Below, piece after piece: positions 14,301-28,629 of a DNA stretch of 64,000 bases (positions within the stretch are counted from its first letter, which is position 1; every line of letters starts with the position of its first letter). Under the pieces are notes generated by a model. It saw only the letters and a program-made list of their open reading frames with translations, was not told where the DNA came from and did not search any database. Made by a program: the position numbers and the translations under genes. Source of the stretch: Phoronis australis. Lineage: Eukaryota > Animalia > Phoronida. Location of the stretch: positions 333,328 through 397,327 of the forward strand of contig NMRA01000292.1 of assembly GCA_002633005.1 (NCBI GenBank), written 5' to 3'.

Positions 14301-17300
14301 TAAATAGATATTAACAATTAAGAAGAACGATATAAACAACATCAGAAATAAGTACATGTCAATGAAAGAAGATACAATGCAACACGGAGACTATTAATAC
14401 AAGGGAGACCACACGGTTAAAAACCATATGACTAAGATGTTAGGCAGGTGATCATGGTTATTTCAATTAGAACATGCATAACAATGTAGAATATTACACT
14501 GAGAGCTGTAAGAGCTTAATATGTATTTTTTTAAATACAAGGAGAACCCATGTAAGAGATACACTCAACTACAAGAAGTCGTCAGAGCACAAATGTCGTT
14601 TTTGGGTCTTCGGTCTTACCTTAGACAGAAATGAAGTCGGTTTTTGGCACAGGTGAGTATGCAAGCTACACTTACGCCACATATGCTACGAATTCACAAC
14701 ACTAAACCAGGCTGCGTGTCAAATAACGGTTTCAAGAATAACTTTACTCTTGAAACTTTACATGGGGATGAATTTATAACCTTTTAGACACAACTGTTAT
14801 CTCGACTGTTTACGTGACAACATCTTGATATGGCTGGAAAAGATCATTATACCATTTCACATGTGCAAGAAAGTCGTACTGTGTTATCTCTCCGGTAGTT
14901 TTCCGGTTCTCAAATTGAAAGCAGGCGATCAACTTGACATAGTTTAGGGACTTTAGATTGTAAAAGATTGTGACAAATATCAACTTACTTTGTTTCTCAT
15001 TAGTTACAATGACGATAGTCATTTAGTCCAATCTTGATACTACTCCGTAGCAGGCTAACTCTCGGTCTTAGCTTAGACCGATTTCGGTCTTAATTTTGGT
15101 TTTAAGCAATTTCATAAAACGCTGCTAAGACATTTTGGTTTTTTAAAAGTTATCTCCATTTTGGTCTAAGTTAAGACAGAAACGGACCAAAGAGGACTCG
15201 GTAAAGCAAGCACAGATGATGCCAGAAACCGGCGCAGGAACAAAACTGGCAGTCTCATCGTAGTTTTTTTCTTCAAAAAATATGAAAACTGACCAGCGGC
15301 CACAATAAAACTTTTCGGAGTAAAAACTGCAGGTGACAGCGGTAACCCTTTTCACTTTAAATTACAAGTTTTAAGTACATTCATGAGCTTAAAAGCTGTG
15401 ATAAGCATGGCGGGATTTTCAACACTGACAGCCTTTTGCCCCTAAATCCTTCGGAAAACCCAAACAAATCTGCAATGCCTATTGAACCGGTCTATTGTAC
15501 GTGAAGATGGATATTTAAACCAACCAAGTGGAAGCCACGTATAATAGTCTCAACTGGCCCCAGTAGAGACAATGGCCATCTCATAGGCCCTCCATATGCC
15601 GGAAGCTTTTCGGAGCATTATGCCCCACACTGATTAAACTATCAAGGTCATGTTGCTATAAGTACCTTTTGGGCAAAGAGGGACGCTTCAGGAGGCCGTT
15701 AATGTCTAACTCTTCCCACCTCGGACAAATACTCCCGCAATCAAACTTTATTTTATGCAGTCCTTCGTTCAGTTGCTCAAATGAGCAACTAGCTTTTTCA
15801 TACTGCTTGCACCAAGGAATATGACGTCATTTAATCAGTGTGAGGCATAATTTGCCGAAAAGCTTCCAGTGTATGAACGGTGTGGGAGATGATCACCGTC
15901 TCTACTGTGGCAAGTTGAGACGATGGTACTGTCTACCTAACTTAATTCACGAAAACAACAACGGATTTAAAACTTGACATGTTTCGGTGTCATTTATTAA
16001 ACACCGAAACATGTCAAGTTTTAAATCCGTTGTTGTTTTCGTGAACATATGCTGTTACTTGCTATCATGGATACCTAACTTAATGCTTTTGATGTTGCGA
16101 CATGCCACCTTCCAGGGGCTCTGGGGGTAAAATGCGACCATTCCTGTAGGTATGTGGGCAAAAAGGTGTAACTGCAGCATTACTACTAACTTCAATGACA
16201 GCACGTTCTCTTAAACATGTGAAAGGCAAACAAAAGTAAACAAAATCTCCGTTTACCATAAGTTTTCGTTTCATCGTAACATATTGCTCCGGCAGTGCTT
16301 TTCCCGTTGTACGTTCCGTGAGAGGCACATTGACTAGTAGACGTGTATGGGCAATCCCAAAGAGACGATTCAGTACCCGTGCACTGAACATTCGATATTC
16401 CAAAACTTGCTCCCCATGTATCAAAATGAAATGTTCCACGCGTGAATGCTTTTCCTGCAGTGAAGCCCATGCCTTTGCATATCACCTGAACAATAAGAAT
16501 ATGTTAAGATGCTTTTTACAATCTGAGCTGCAGAGAGATGACGTAATTTCCATGTTAACGAGCTTGGTGTTTCTAACGTAAAAAATAATTCCAGACCGCC
16601 TGGTACACGTTGTACCAGGCGCACGCAGGCCCCGCATGTGGACCCATTGCACAGATCACCTTGAACCATTCTTGTACTTTATTAATATATAGTAAACGTA
16701 GGGAGTAGTGGCATTCTTAATAATTATTAAAGGCCATGGCAAAGGCGATAAATGAGAAAGGACCGATCAGCTTCATATCTTAGATCATACTAAACAGATA
16801 CCAAAACCAATGTCTCCCGTGACCACTTCTGGATATGGATTTAGAAAAAGTTCCAAGTGTGGTGATAAACAAAGGCTAGCGTGTTTATTTACAAGTTCAT
16901 TTGATCAGATCTCGAATTTGACGATTGTCATATGGCATTTAACTTTGTGTTTGGTAGAACAGTATTTTGATCGTGAGTCAATTTGGCTCCATGTAATTTA
17001 ACGAGGAGAAATGGTCACAATTGCTACCAACATGGCGGAATCTCTCGCACATTACCCCCGGCTGTTGACGTCACACTTCTAGATTCTACAGAGGATGCCT
17101 TTTAAAGTATCACTTACTTTAGCATCATTATCATCCCATCCTTGGTCACATATCTGTTTTCTCCACTTGAGAGATTGCCCCGATAACCAGTAGTTGACGC
17201 GTCCAAAGTTGTATCCACCGCCCAAGTAAACCGCTAGTAACAAGAAAGATAGTATTGCATTATTTGGGCGTACGTATGACTTAACAAAAAATACGAACAT

Positions 17301-20300
17301 CCAGACAAAAGTTTGTCAGTGCATCGAAAAGAGGGCCAAAAAGCGTAGGTGTTTCCGGTCTGAACCTCGACTGATTTTGGGACCTGTGATCACTGACTAA
17401 AACACAAAGCGCGTGCTCGGATCGATTTCAGTCAAGGTTTTCTATTATTTTTAAACAAGCTGCACAAAAGCACGTAACATAAGGAAGAGCAAGCAAGACT
17501 TGAAACTTCATGATTTTCCAAGTGATGCGTAACTACTTGTTAATGATGCGCTAATTATATGTAGTGCTCAAAAACTCCACAGAGCTTGATTCGGCCTCAC
17601 AAATAGCAATGCACAGTTTAAAAGTGATCGCCATCTTGGCGGCCCAAAATACTGCAGTACGGTGCAACTCACAAGATCTACACTTTATCAGCTTAGATCC
17701 GATTCTCGTCTTTTAATTAGCAAGCGTCATTACGAGGGTAACAAAACCTTTTTATTGGGAATTAAATCTTGTCTAAAGAACAATTATGATCCCCATTGGG
17801 CAACATATTTGATTGCGACGCCTGTTCGTACACAAGTACAAGTGTCGCCAACCCTACGGAACCCGAGATTTTTCGAGTTGAGTGAGAAAAACGCATCATT
17901 TTGCTCACCTTGGGTAGATCTTTTTTGAACAAGTGAACGACGCAAAAATACCTCATCACTGATTCGATTTTTCAAAAAACAGACAACAACCAACTATGCT
18001 ATTTTGGCTTAATCTAAGTTCATCTTGGAACACGCAAGTTCGCACAGAACTAGCTTTGCGCACTAGGTGATACTTTTTAGTAACAACGAAATGTTAATCA
18101 CCGAAATCACTATTCATCCAAATAAATGCCGGTTTTATAGGGGCGAGTTATCTAGATTAAAAGTTTGTTGTACAGGCAAGGTAGTTCAAAGAATTATAAC
18201 TGCGGACTAGTGAGTATAGAAAGTTTCAATCAAAGTATTAAAATTAGGCAGAGTTTTTTTTATTGCAGTTTCTTGTACATGCATGAAGCGATCATCTACT
18301 TACAGTTTTGGTTTTTAAAACACGTCACGTTCATATCTGATTGGTGTCTTCCACTGCAGTGATACCAACCGGTGCCCCATCCATGATGAGGACAGTCAAA
18401 CAGGCTACTCTCGGACCCAGAACACCTAGCGTTGTGAAGCCACACGGGTTGAGAATCATCACCTTGAAAAGAGAAATAATCGTCAGAACGGATATAGTAG
18501 CATGCACTATTTGATAACTTCTCTATGTGTAACATTTCTGAAATTGCCACCAGAAAGTTTGTGACCTAATCAGAAAAATTTACACTACTAGGGGGCGCTC
18601 TTGATGCCTGCCTTCGGAATGATTAATGGAATAGAACACAAAAATGGTGATTGAGCTTCTCAATTTATCAATCATATTTGTTGAATCGGAGTTGGCAAGG
18701 TTATGACATTCATCAGTTTAACTTTAAAGATTAGCAATAACTTTCAGTTCTTTTGGTTAATCTTTTTCCCTCAAGCGCTGCCCAATTCTAACATTACCGA
18801 ACAAAAATGCATAAATCTGTAGCGAAACAGCTCGCGAAAACCCATGGGAATTTTCAATGTTTTTATTTATGCTCACGCCGGCAAATACATGTTCATTGAT
18901 TTCGACCCGGATGTGATGAGATCGCGAGATGCATGGACTGACCTTTGGCCAAACAACTACTTCATTGTGACATTGTGTTTAACACAACAGTTGGTAACTG
19001 ATATTTGCGAAGTCATGTCAGCACGCCATCAAAACACTTATTGCTTACATCTCATAAATTCGCTAATGAACTGAATCATTTGGTTTTGATGGTTGAGCCT
19101 AAAGATATACGTAAAGTAAAATAGAAAACATGAAATAAAATGAAGTGACTGATAACCTTTAAAAGGTTTGATTTTAAAGCCTAACTTCAGCGGAGTTTTG
19201 CTATTTTAGATGTATTGGGCTAACGAGGTAGTCCCAGCAAAGCCTTAGCAACATAAGAAAACGCGAATAGACCACTTGCGGTTTATTCGCGGTTGTCGTA
19301 AACAGTTATGACGTCACGCGTTGGGGGACAGAACCTGTCATATTTGTCATTGTGTTGTATGTAGCCTCATTCGTCTGGTGTTGGATATTTTATTATTTTT
19401 AGTGTTAAGAGAACGTTTTGCGTCGGCGACTGTGCCACCAACAGCTTCGTCAGTGGTAATTAGATCGCGGAATCTGTCGTCAAAATACAGCTAAATACCA
19501 TTTTGTGTAGCCTGTGTGCAAAGCTTTGCGTATATATGTTAGAAACTGACCAAGTAAAATCTGACAAAAAAATTTGTGTCATTAAAAACTACACTCTTCC
19601 TTGAGTAAACTGAATTGTTTATTAGTGTTGGAAAATTGGCGTTCTACAGTTATTCTGCTGCTAAAATTGTGTTAGAATCTTTTGTGTGGGCTTTTGGGGC
19701 CATGAAATATTGCGTCACAAATTGACCAATTTCTTTTTTTCTCCCGGCAATTCCGTCTTCAAGCAAATGATCTTCGCTTCCCGGCAAAGAGGTTGCGTCA
19801 CAACACATTATCGGTAATGGTTTAGTTTCTTTACTAATTTTTGATATTTTAATACCAGCAAACCGAATTTCAGAACAAATTTTGCTATTGCGAAGCTATC
19901 ATCATCTCCCGAGAGATGTCACAAAACTTATGGAAACGGCGAGTGCACGTGTCACGAGCGTAGTGTTGAAAACAACGATTCGTTTTTTACAATAAGAGGA
20001 GATTTGTGCAACAAACTGTCCTTAATTAGATAGTTTTTAACTTGAATGGCTGCAACGGGAAAGGTGCAATGTCGCCGACTCCTAGATATGCATGCACCCA
20101 CCCCTCGGCAGCCGGTCGTTAGCTCTACATGTTAATAGAAGTTTCACGACGAGGTGACGAGCAGAACTACCCAGGCTGTACGAAATTTCGGGGTGCGAGG
20201 AAGCTAGCACCCAGTAGTTCCTAGCTGTGTTTTGGCTACAGTAGTCATACGGCAGCTAGCTGGCTGGCTGAACCCTGTCGTCGCGGTCGGTCGCTGCCTA

Positions 20301-23300
20301 CTGTGTATCTTGTGTCACTATTGCTAAGTTCCGTAACTACAATGTTTCACGGTCACTTTGTAGAGCAAAGTGAGTTAATACCACTCAATTGACGCAATTA
20401 ATATCACAAATTCCCATTACTAACGAAATGTTACGCTACGAGTACGTTACGCGTGAGATTTATAAGTCGCAGCTAGTCGACATCCCCAGTAGTGGGACAC
20501 AAGATGAACTATCAATTCTCCCTACTCTATCCCCTGTTTCCGGACATTTTATCTGCTCTCGCGTTTACACGCGTGATCTTCACACAACTCACAAGTGGTC
20601 TATTCAATCACGCAAATGTTGGCCCGTCAAAAGATAGGTGAACTGAGCTGCCTTTTAGTGCCATATTGCGTCACCGCAAGATCTCGGACAAAAGAACAAA
20701 AGACCGAAATCAGTTCATTGAATAGGACAACTTTGCATGCGTGCGGGTGCTATTCGCAGCTGCTTAAAGGTGATTCTAGCAGTGACCCCCGTAGGCAATA
20801 ACAGTTAAATTGGTATGATTATGTCAATAAATTTCTCCTACTACCATCAGCACAAGGCTGCAAACATCAGGTGGTTATCCCAGTATGCACTACATTGAAA
20901 CTGAACTCCACACGAACTTTCAAACTCTTCCGATCGAAGGTAGTGCACATTGTTCCAAGTCGACTTCCTCTGGATGCACGTCACAATGCGAAGGCAGTGA
21001 GAAAAAAGTGAAAAGGTGTCCGATGAACTCCGACCTACAGCTTCTCCGGTGAACGCTTTCTCAAGGATCACCGGAAAGACTAAACAACATGTTGCATCTA
21101 ATTTCAGCGTCGGGTAAACAAGGTTTGTGATTCATCAATTGAAATTGTATAGGCGGATTGAAAGGAGACATGAGGCTCGCCCCCTACATACATGATAAAA
21201 AACGTCTTTGCCGTGCCATTTTCATGGTTCACGGGCATTTGTCTTTCAAAAGCTGTGGCTGGGTCCCCTAGTGGATCCTAAATCCGGCAATTAACTGGCA
21301 AGTATTTAAGCTAGCAAGCCCTACCTATCTTCATTTTTGGAGTAGCTAAGTAATAGCCGTATCCGCTGTAGAACCCCAGCTGTTTGCAGATGACGATCGC
21401 TCTATTCCACTCGTACGATCCACTATGGTGGCATACTGTACCCCAAACACCGTTAATGGCGACTTCAACAAGACCGTAGTTTGGACCTGGACTCAAACGA
21501 ATTTGTGGGCCTTGCAAAAAACATGAATACACATTAATTTGTCATAGTTTGAAAATGCACTATTTTCTGTTATCAAAATAGAAACATTAAAGGCGAAGGC
21601 AATCATTTTTCATGCCATTTTTAGCAAAAGTAAGGTTCATTGATTATCCCAGACCTATTTTTCACTTAATTACAGCTTTTCGAAATTTAATTAATTACTC
21701 GTTCTCTACTCCGGAAGTGAAGTTTTGGGAGGCAAGAATTTCACGCCAATTTGGTTCTGCTTTGAGTTTACTGTGAAGATCTGTACTACCTTTGCTTTCG
21801 AGCTGTTTTTCTACGACAAGCTAGGTTGTTAGAGATGTCAAGGCGTTGGATTTAGGGATTGTTTAGTTTGTAGTAACCTGAAAATAGCTGGAGTCGGCAA
21901 CCCATACCACCGTGACAGTGACAGTAGTGAGACATTGTTCATAGCAGTGATGACGAGGAATTTTTTCACGGACAGTCAGTGGGTGGGTATATGTTTGAGC
22001 CCGAGTATAATGAGGCAGAGTACGCACAGGCACAACTTGCCCGAGTGTCCCGCGACACACTCCCACTGGATGGTGACCTGAGCACCCAAACTGCTTACAT
22101 CCTGCCGTTGTGACTCCCTCGCCACATACCTGTCCACAATAAACGTATCAAAGGTTGGCTCGCCGATCTGTTCATTGGACGACGAACTGTCCTCGTCACT
22201 GTGTGTCGAACTGGGCCTGCATTCACTTCCACTACTCAACATCGCTGCAGGGCTGCTTACACGCTCTGGGCAAGAGACAACAGCACAGGGCGAATCACTG
22301 CTAGTTCTGGAATTGCACGCTCTGGAGGTACGTTCGGAGGCACGGGTGACAGTAGATGAAGTGCCTCCAGTCACTGTAGTGGCCACAGCTCGCGAGGCTT
22401 CTCGCTTCAAAAACGCACTTCTCGGGGGGTGGCGACGGGACACTGCCGGGAATCGAACAGCGACGCAATGGCACCCTTCTTCAGGCGTTGTTTCGAAGGG
22501 ACCTTTATCAATTAAGCGTACATATCTCTCTCGTAATCTGAGGGCAGATAATGCTTGCCACACAGTCGGTAACCCTCCACTGCTTTGAACTTTGCGTGGA
22601 CGGGTAACGCTGCGTTCTTCACACGAACGAGCCAAATACGACGAAGTGTGTCATCGCTCGGAAAGCGATGTAAAGGTACTTTCAAAGCGCGCGTGAGTAC
22701 ATCCTGGTACACAGCAACAGTGTGGCATGTTGACTGACTCGTAAACAAAAGTAAACGACGAACGAACTTGTCACAACCTAGGTAGAACGATGACTGACTC
22801 GACAGCTCTCACAGTCATACTATATGAAAAGAAATTGGCGCGAAATTCTTGCCTCCCCAAACGTCACATAGAGGACGAGTAATTAATTAAATTACGAAAA
22901 GCTGTAATTAAGTGAAAAATACGTCTGAGATCATCAACGCACCTTTTTTTGCTAAAAATGGCATGAAAAAGGTTGCCTTCGCCTTTAAGAATACATTCGG
23001 TAAGTTGAGAATCCTCATAATTATTTGTTTATTCTCAAGAGGCTTTCGACGACAAGTTGTGTTGTTTTGAAGCCATCAAATGCAAGAAATTTGTTTAATT
23101 TCTCCACCCCTTATGGTTTGATATTATATATGTGGTATGGATTGATGATCTCACGAACGAAAAGACACAGATGTCGTTTTTAAAGGTTTGTGACACAATT
23201 GGCCCTCCTATCATCCAAAGCTTTCCGCGTGTTCTAGCAAGTTTTGAGCAAAAGCTGCGAGTCTTTAAAAATACCGTTATCATTGTAGCATATGACACCA

Positions 23301-26300
23301 GCGAATCTGTCTGAGCTTGACTTTTGGCCATAATCCGATATCGAAGCTCCTGAGCAACTGCCCAAGTTTGCTTCAGTGCCAACGCAGTTTGGTGTCTTCA
23401 TGAAAATGTTGCGGTGGTAAGCCTCAGCTCCTGGAGTTGCTTCCCCTGTAGAGTAACCTAACTGCTTGCAAACCTGAAAAAAATCCCAAAACACCACAAT
23501 CCTAACATCAAAATATGAAAGCTCACACACCGCAAAACGTTCAGCAACTGGTTCAATACTCCTTTTTTTCTTTATGTTTCATTAAACTGTACGTAAAAAA
23601 ATTCTAAAAATTCTAAACAGATGCAATGGAGCTTCACAAACTCCTGCGCACTCTATCGCGTGTTTCATCCGATTAGTTTCTCGTCTACCGAGAAGGGTTC
23701 TTTGTTCTAATGTTGACGACCAGTCGTACTTTGCGACTGACGGGCGATTCGTTGGCAAGGAATGGCCACACCGAAGCCGTAGGACATAGAACACAAATTT
23801 TGCACTTGTGCAACACAGGCGATTAAATCTCGCAAGTGTGAGTAAGCTTGAGCAACGGGTGTCTGACACTAGTTAACTTTTGGTGCCCATTTGAAAGAGG
23901 GTGTTAAATTTTCGAAGCCGTTTTTGGAAAATTGGTGTGCTTTAATTAAAATAGAAATAACTTTAAAATTAGCTACAAAAATTCGGCCATGTTGTCACGA
24001 GCTTTGGTTTTAATGCATGGCTCCATCTCACTACGACTTGCGTAATTTTGTGTTTTTGCGAGGGTTTTGGGTCTGTGCAACGCAGTTCTTATTTAATACA
24101 CCGGTTGACATTGTCCTTGAATGACCAATAAGAACCATGTTTTTGAGCTGTATACCAAACTCTAACTTTACTAGAAGGTGGATGCGAGACTAGGTTTGCT
24201 AATACACTATGCTAAAGGAGTCTACTAAATTTGGCTGGCACCATAAATCATCCACAACAAACAGGGTATTAAGTCGCCCACATTTTAAGGAAACTCTCAA
24301 ACCTATCACTGCCATTTACGTTCATCAAATGTGTTGCCATTACCTTTCCATCCACGAAGTCTATATTTGATTTTTCAATTATACTTACCACCAGAGCATC
24401 ATTATCTGTCCAGCCTGTGTAGCTGATGGTGCCCCAAACATCTGTGACCTCTGACACTTCCACGCGACCCCAGTGAGGACCGGAATTCGGACTGTTTACT
24501 GTCAAACGGATGCTCACTGAAATCATAACGCGTTTGAATGACATCTTCAGTTTGAGCCGTTTTGCGAGAGTAGATTGCTTTTAAAAAATTACCAATTTTA
24601 TATCAAAAATACAACAACTCCACCAGTGGATCAACTGCCACATTAGACCACCCACGAACACTTCTTGAGGTTATGTTAATTAGCTAACCTCGAGATACGA
24701 ACATTTATTGGTCGATACACACTATCTAAAAATCGGAACAACCAGTCACAGCACTAGGCATCCTCTATTGTGCTTAGTGTGAAGTCGTCAGACATTGTCA
24801 TATAGTTAGGAATGGTGGGAAGATGCGCTGTGGTGGTTGTGACAACTTAGTATTTGACCACAAGGTGACTCTTTCCACATTCGCGCGGGACATCGAAGAA
24901 GCACGCATATGAGACACGTTTGTACAAGAAACTTGCACGTTGGTGGACATGGTTCACTGGTGATGCGTACATTCATACGCCACGCTCATGTCTTTGGAGC
25001 TAAGGGCCTTTCAATTGAAGTCGCCTTAATTCTTCTATTTTCTCGTTTTTGAGATATTGAATTCACGATTGTGATATGCAGGAAAATTTAATGATGCTGA
25101 CAGTGTAGTTTCTTGTCAAAACAAGGTGAAACGTGTTTTTTCAAAAGCACTTTAATGTCACTCAACTTTTAATCTAGTTCGATTAATAAAAGCCAAATTG
25201 GAACGTGTTAGTATGAGAACGGTTCTATATTCAAAGACTTGCTATAATTTCATGGAAGATAGTGTTCGTTAATTTATCAGGTATATGTAATACCTCCGTC
25301 ACACCGGAGGTGAGGTGCCATTGCGGTGCTTGTACGGCATAAACCGCAGTGACACCGCCATGATCGCCGAGGTTCTGCAGTGGTTTCGTCATTAATCGCC
25401 GTAGCACCGCGAAAACTGTCAAAACCACGGATCTTCGCGGTGACACGGTGGAAATTGTGAACATGTTCAAAACCTCCGCAGTGCCACGGCGAGTTGGGCC
25501 AATCTGCAGTGGGATGGCCACGACACCTTCATGACCATCGTGCCACCATACAGTAGCACTTCCATCACCGCTGTACTTCCGCAGTACAACTGCAGAGCAA
25601 TCGCCTAAAACGTAGGCTGGCGACCCTACGGCGATCCCGTGGCGCGAAGAAAACCACATGTGTGACGGGTAGGGGAAAACTATAAAACACTACTGGCGGT
25701 GTCACTACGGTGATGGCGGCTTTGACCAAAAACCATAGTGGCACCGCGCCTTTGGTGTGACGGGGACTTAAGTTCTCACCTTGACCCCAACAACCTATGA
25801 ACTTCAAACCACGAGACCTTATCCAAGTCGGTCTACTCATTCAAAGCGGTCGATGTGNCGCTGTACTTCCGCAGTACAACTGCAGAGCAATCGCCTAAAA
25901 CTACGGCGATCCCGTGGCGCGAAGAAAACCACATGTGTGACGGGTAGGGGAAAACTATAAAACACTACTGGCGGTGTCACTACGGTGATGGCGGCTTTGA
26001 CCAAAAACCATAGTGGCACCGCGCCTTTGGTGTGACGGGGACTTAAGTTCTCACCTTGACCCCAACAACCTATGAACTTCAAACCACGAGACCTTATCCA
26101 AGTCGGTCTACTCATTCAAAGCGGTCGATGTGAGTGATATCGGTATTTTTGTCAGTCGATAGAGAAAATACTATAACTTCCCCGATCTTTGTATAATGCT
26201 ATTTCATACACCAAACAATGTGGAAAAATGTACGACAGCGTGCCTTATTTCTTTTCCATGTTTTATCAACATTTAGACGGCTAGAAAAGTCTGATGACAA

Positions 26301-28562
26301 TTTCAGTATCATTCAATAATTCAATCAACCATCGTATCTATTCGGAGTGTGCCTTGGCTTTCTACTCATGTCACAAGGAACACGACGAATGACATATTCA
26401 ATTTCATGTCAATAAAATGAGAAATTAGTAGAGAAGATTGATATCTGTTACGAAGTGAAAACATAAAATATGAACAAAATCTTTAGCTTCCATTTTGTGA
26501 GCAACTCCTGTCATTTCTCGATGTGACCTTTTGAATGACTTCAACGTCACCAAATTTGCTCTTCTTGAAAACACCCCTGTCGCGTCAAAATATTTTAACT
26601 TTCAAGTATGTCAAAATTTTCTTGCAGCAAATGAAGATGAAGTTAAGGTCATCAAATTTTACGAAGTTTGAAGATCTCCAACGAGCACCTTTAGTTGATG
26701 CAACTTATGGACCGTACATCTCAAGCAACTTTTTGAGATGTTGAGCCACAATAATTTTTCGCTGTGACCTTGAAAATGATCTCAAGGTCGTCAGTTTCGA
26801 CAAGCACACATGGAGAACCCCACCTACACATTGGTGCACTTTGTGAACAAAATCCAAAGCTTCCTCCTTAAGATATGGCTACAATAAAATTTCCGCCAAT
26901 CACGATTTTGTGTCAAGATCATCAAATTTTTTAGCGCCTGAAAATGTCCCACCTACAAATTGGTGTAAAATATTTACCAAATCTAATGTTTCCTGTGTGA
27001 GATATTGTGCCCTTTGAATTTTCCGTGACCTTAAAAATGACATTAAGGTCACCAAATTCGACTGACGCCTGAACATTACGACGTTTTCTTGTTGCTCCCA
27101 ACTTGTTCGAGTCAGTCCAACAACAAGTTGGAAAGAACACCCGTGTAGCCAATATCTTACACGACTGATTAACTCCATACTAGCATTTATGGCTGGAGGA
27201 CCAGCTCTCTTTTGTTCGATAATTGCTCTAATCTCCAGTAAGATCATATCTAGCCTGACTGGGCTGTGCTATTAAAAATAAAAGTTAAGTTATAACACAT
27301 TTGAACATAAACCAATAGCATTCCTGAAATCCTCGTCAAATGGTGATCATTTTTAGTTTTTGAATCGCCCATATCGCCCAACTGCAACCGAAGTTACGAT
27401 AATCTATTCTTTCCGAATGTACCAATTCGCTCTGGGTTTGACGGTGTTCACACGCAGTCTGTAATAAGACTGGTAGATAATTGGCCTGCCTGTTGTCATG
27501 CTAGACAAAAGACTGTACTTGGCAGTTAACAAAGAAGCTAGATGTTATCACACGCTCACAATCTTCTACGTCATGTAAAGTCACTAAACGGAAAAACGCC
27601 GTCATGGATACCCACATGCGAAAAAAATCTATTCCTCCTTTCTTGAGATATCGTTTCATTAACCCCAACTCTTTGACTCTACGATAATGCCCATATTAAC
27701 ATATGGTGCAGAAATATGAGGAACATCAGGGTGTGAATCTATTGAAAAAGTTCAAAATGCTTTCTGTAAATATGTTCTGAGATTGAGTATTAAAACGCCA
27801 AATGCTATGGCTCGTGGTGAATGTGGGAGACAATTGTTAATTACAAAATTTATGTGTTTAAACCAATTATCTATTGGACAAAATTACTGGATATGGAAGA
27901 ACATAGATACCTACTGAAGTGTTATAGTATGCTTAGGGAACAAAGTGAAGATGGTAATTGTAAAGGGGACACCGTGTCAAAGAAATTTTGTATAGGTACG
28001 GCTATGGAGAAGTGTGGTTATTTGGCCCAGGCAATAGTGTTGAGTTTGTTATGGTATTCAAACAGAGATTACTGGATTGTGGCGTACAGGAATGGCAACT
28101 GGAAATAGGTAGCTCAAATAAATATGAATTTTATAGTCTTATTAAATGCGATCTCGTCAGCGAGCAATATGTGAATTCTTTAAGCGCTTATTCAAGAAAA
28201 ATATTTGCGCAGTTTCGGTGTTCAGGTCACTCACTTAACATAGAGAAAAGGAGACATTTGGGTATTCCTAAAGGTGAAAGAATATGCGGCATATGCTGTC
28301 TGGGTAAAATTGAAGATGAGCCTCATTTCATGTGTCGATGCCCTGTTCTTGGAGACCTTAGAAGAAATCTTCTTCCAGAGTTTTTCAATGTTAACTATTC
28401 TCTTGTTAGGTTATTCCAACAGAAAAATCATGACAGCATCCAGCGTATATTCAGAAGGCTATGGTTTTAAGAGAAGAACTGCTCTCCGTGGAAATATTCT
28501 GAATATACGTTTGAATTTATGTATTTATATATGAGTAGGCAAAGCCTACGATGTACAATAAA

Positions 28563-28629
<67 letters not shown>

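Noticed and set aside
21976-22635. 219-aa ORF as a host gene
   Set aside because: Lies inside the Kolobok-like element; it is the frameshifted tail of the THAP ORF.
25565-26115. Two near-identical 91-92 aa ORFs as duplicated genes
   Set aside because: They lie in MITE sequence duplicated across a single N; likely two haplotypes joined by the assembler.
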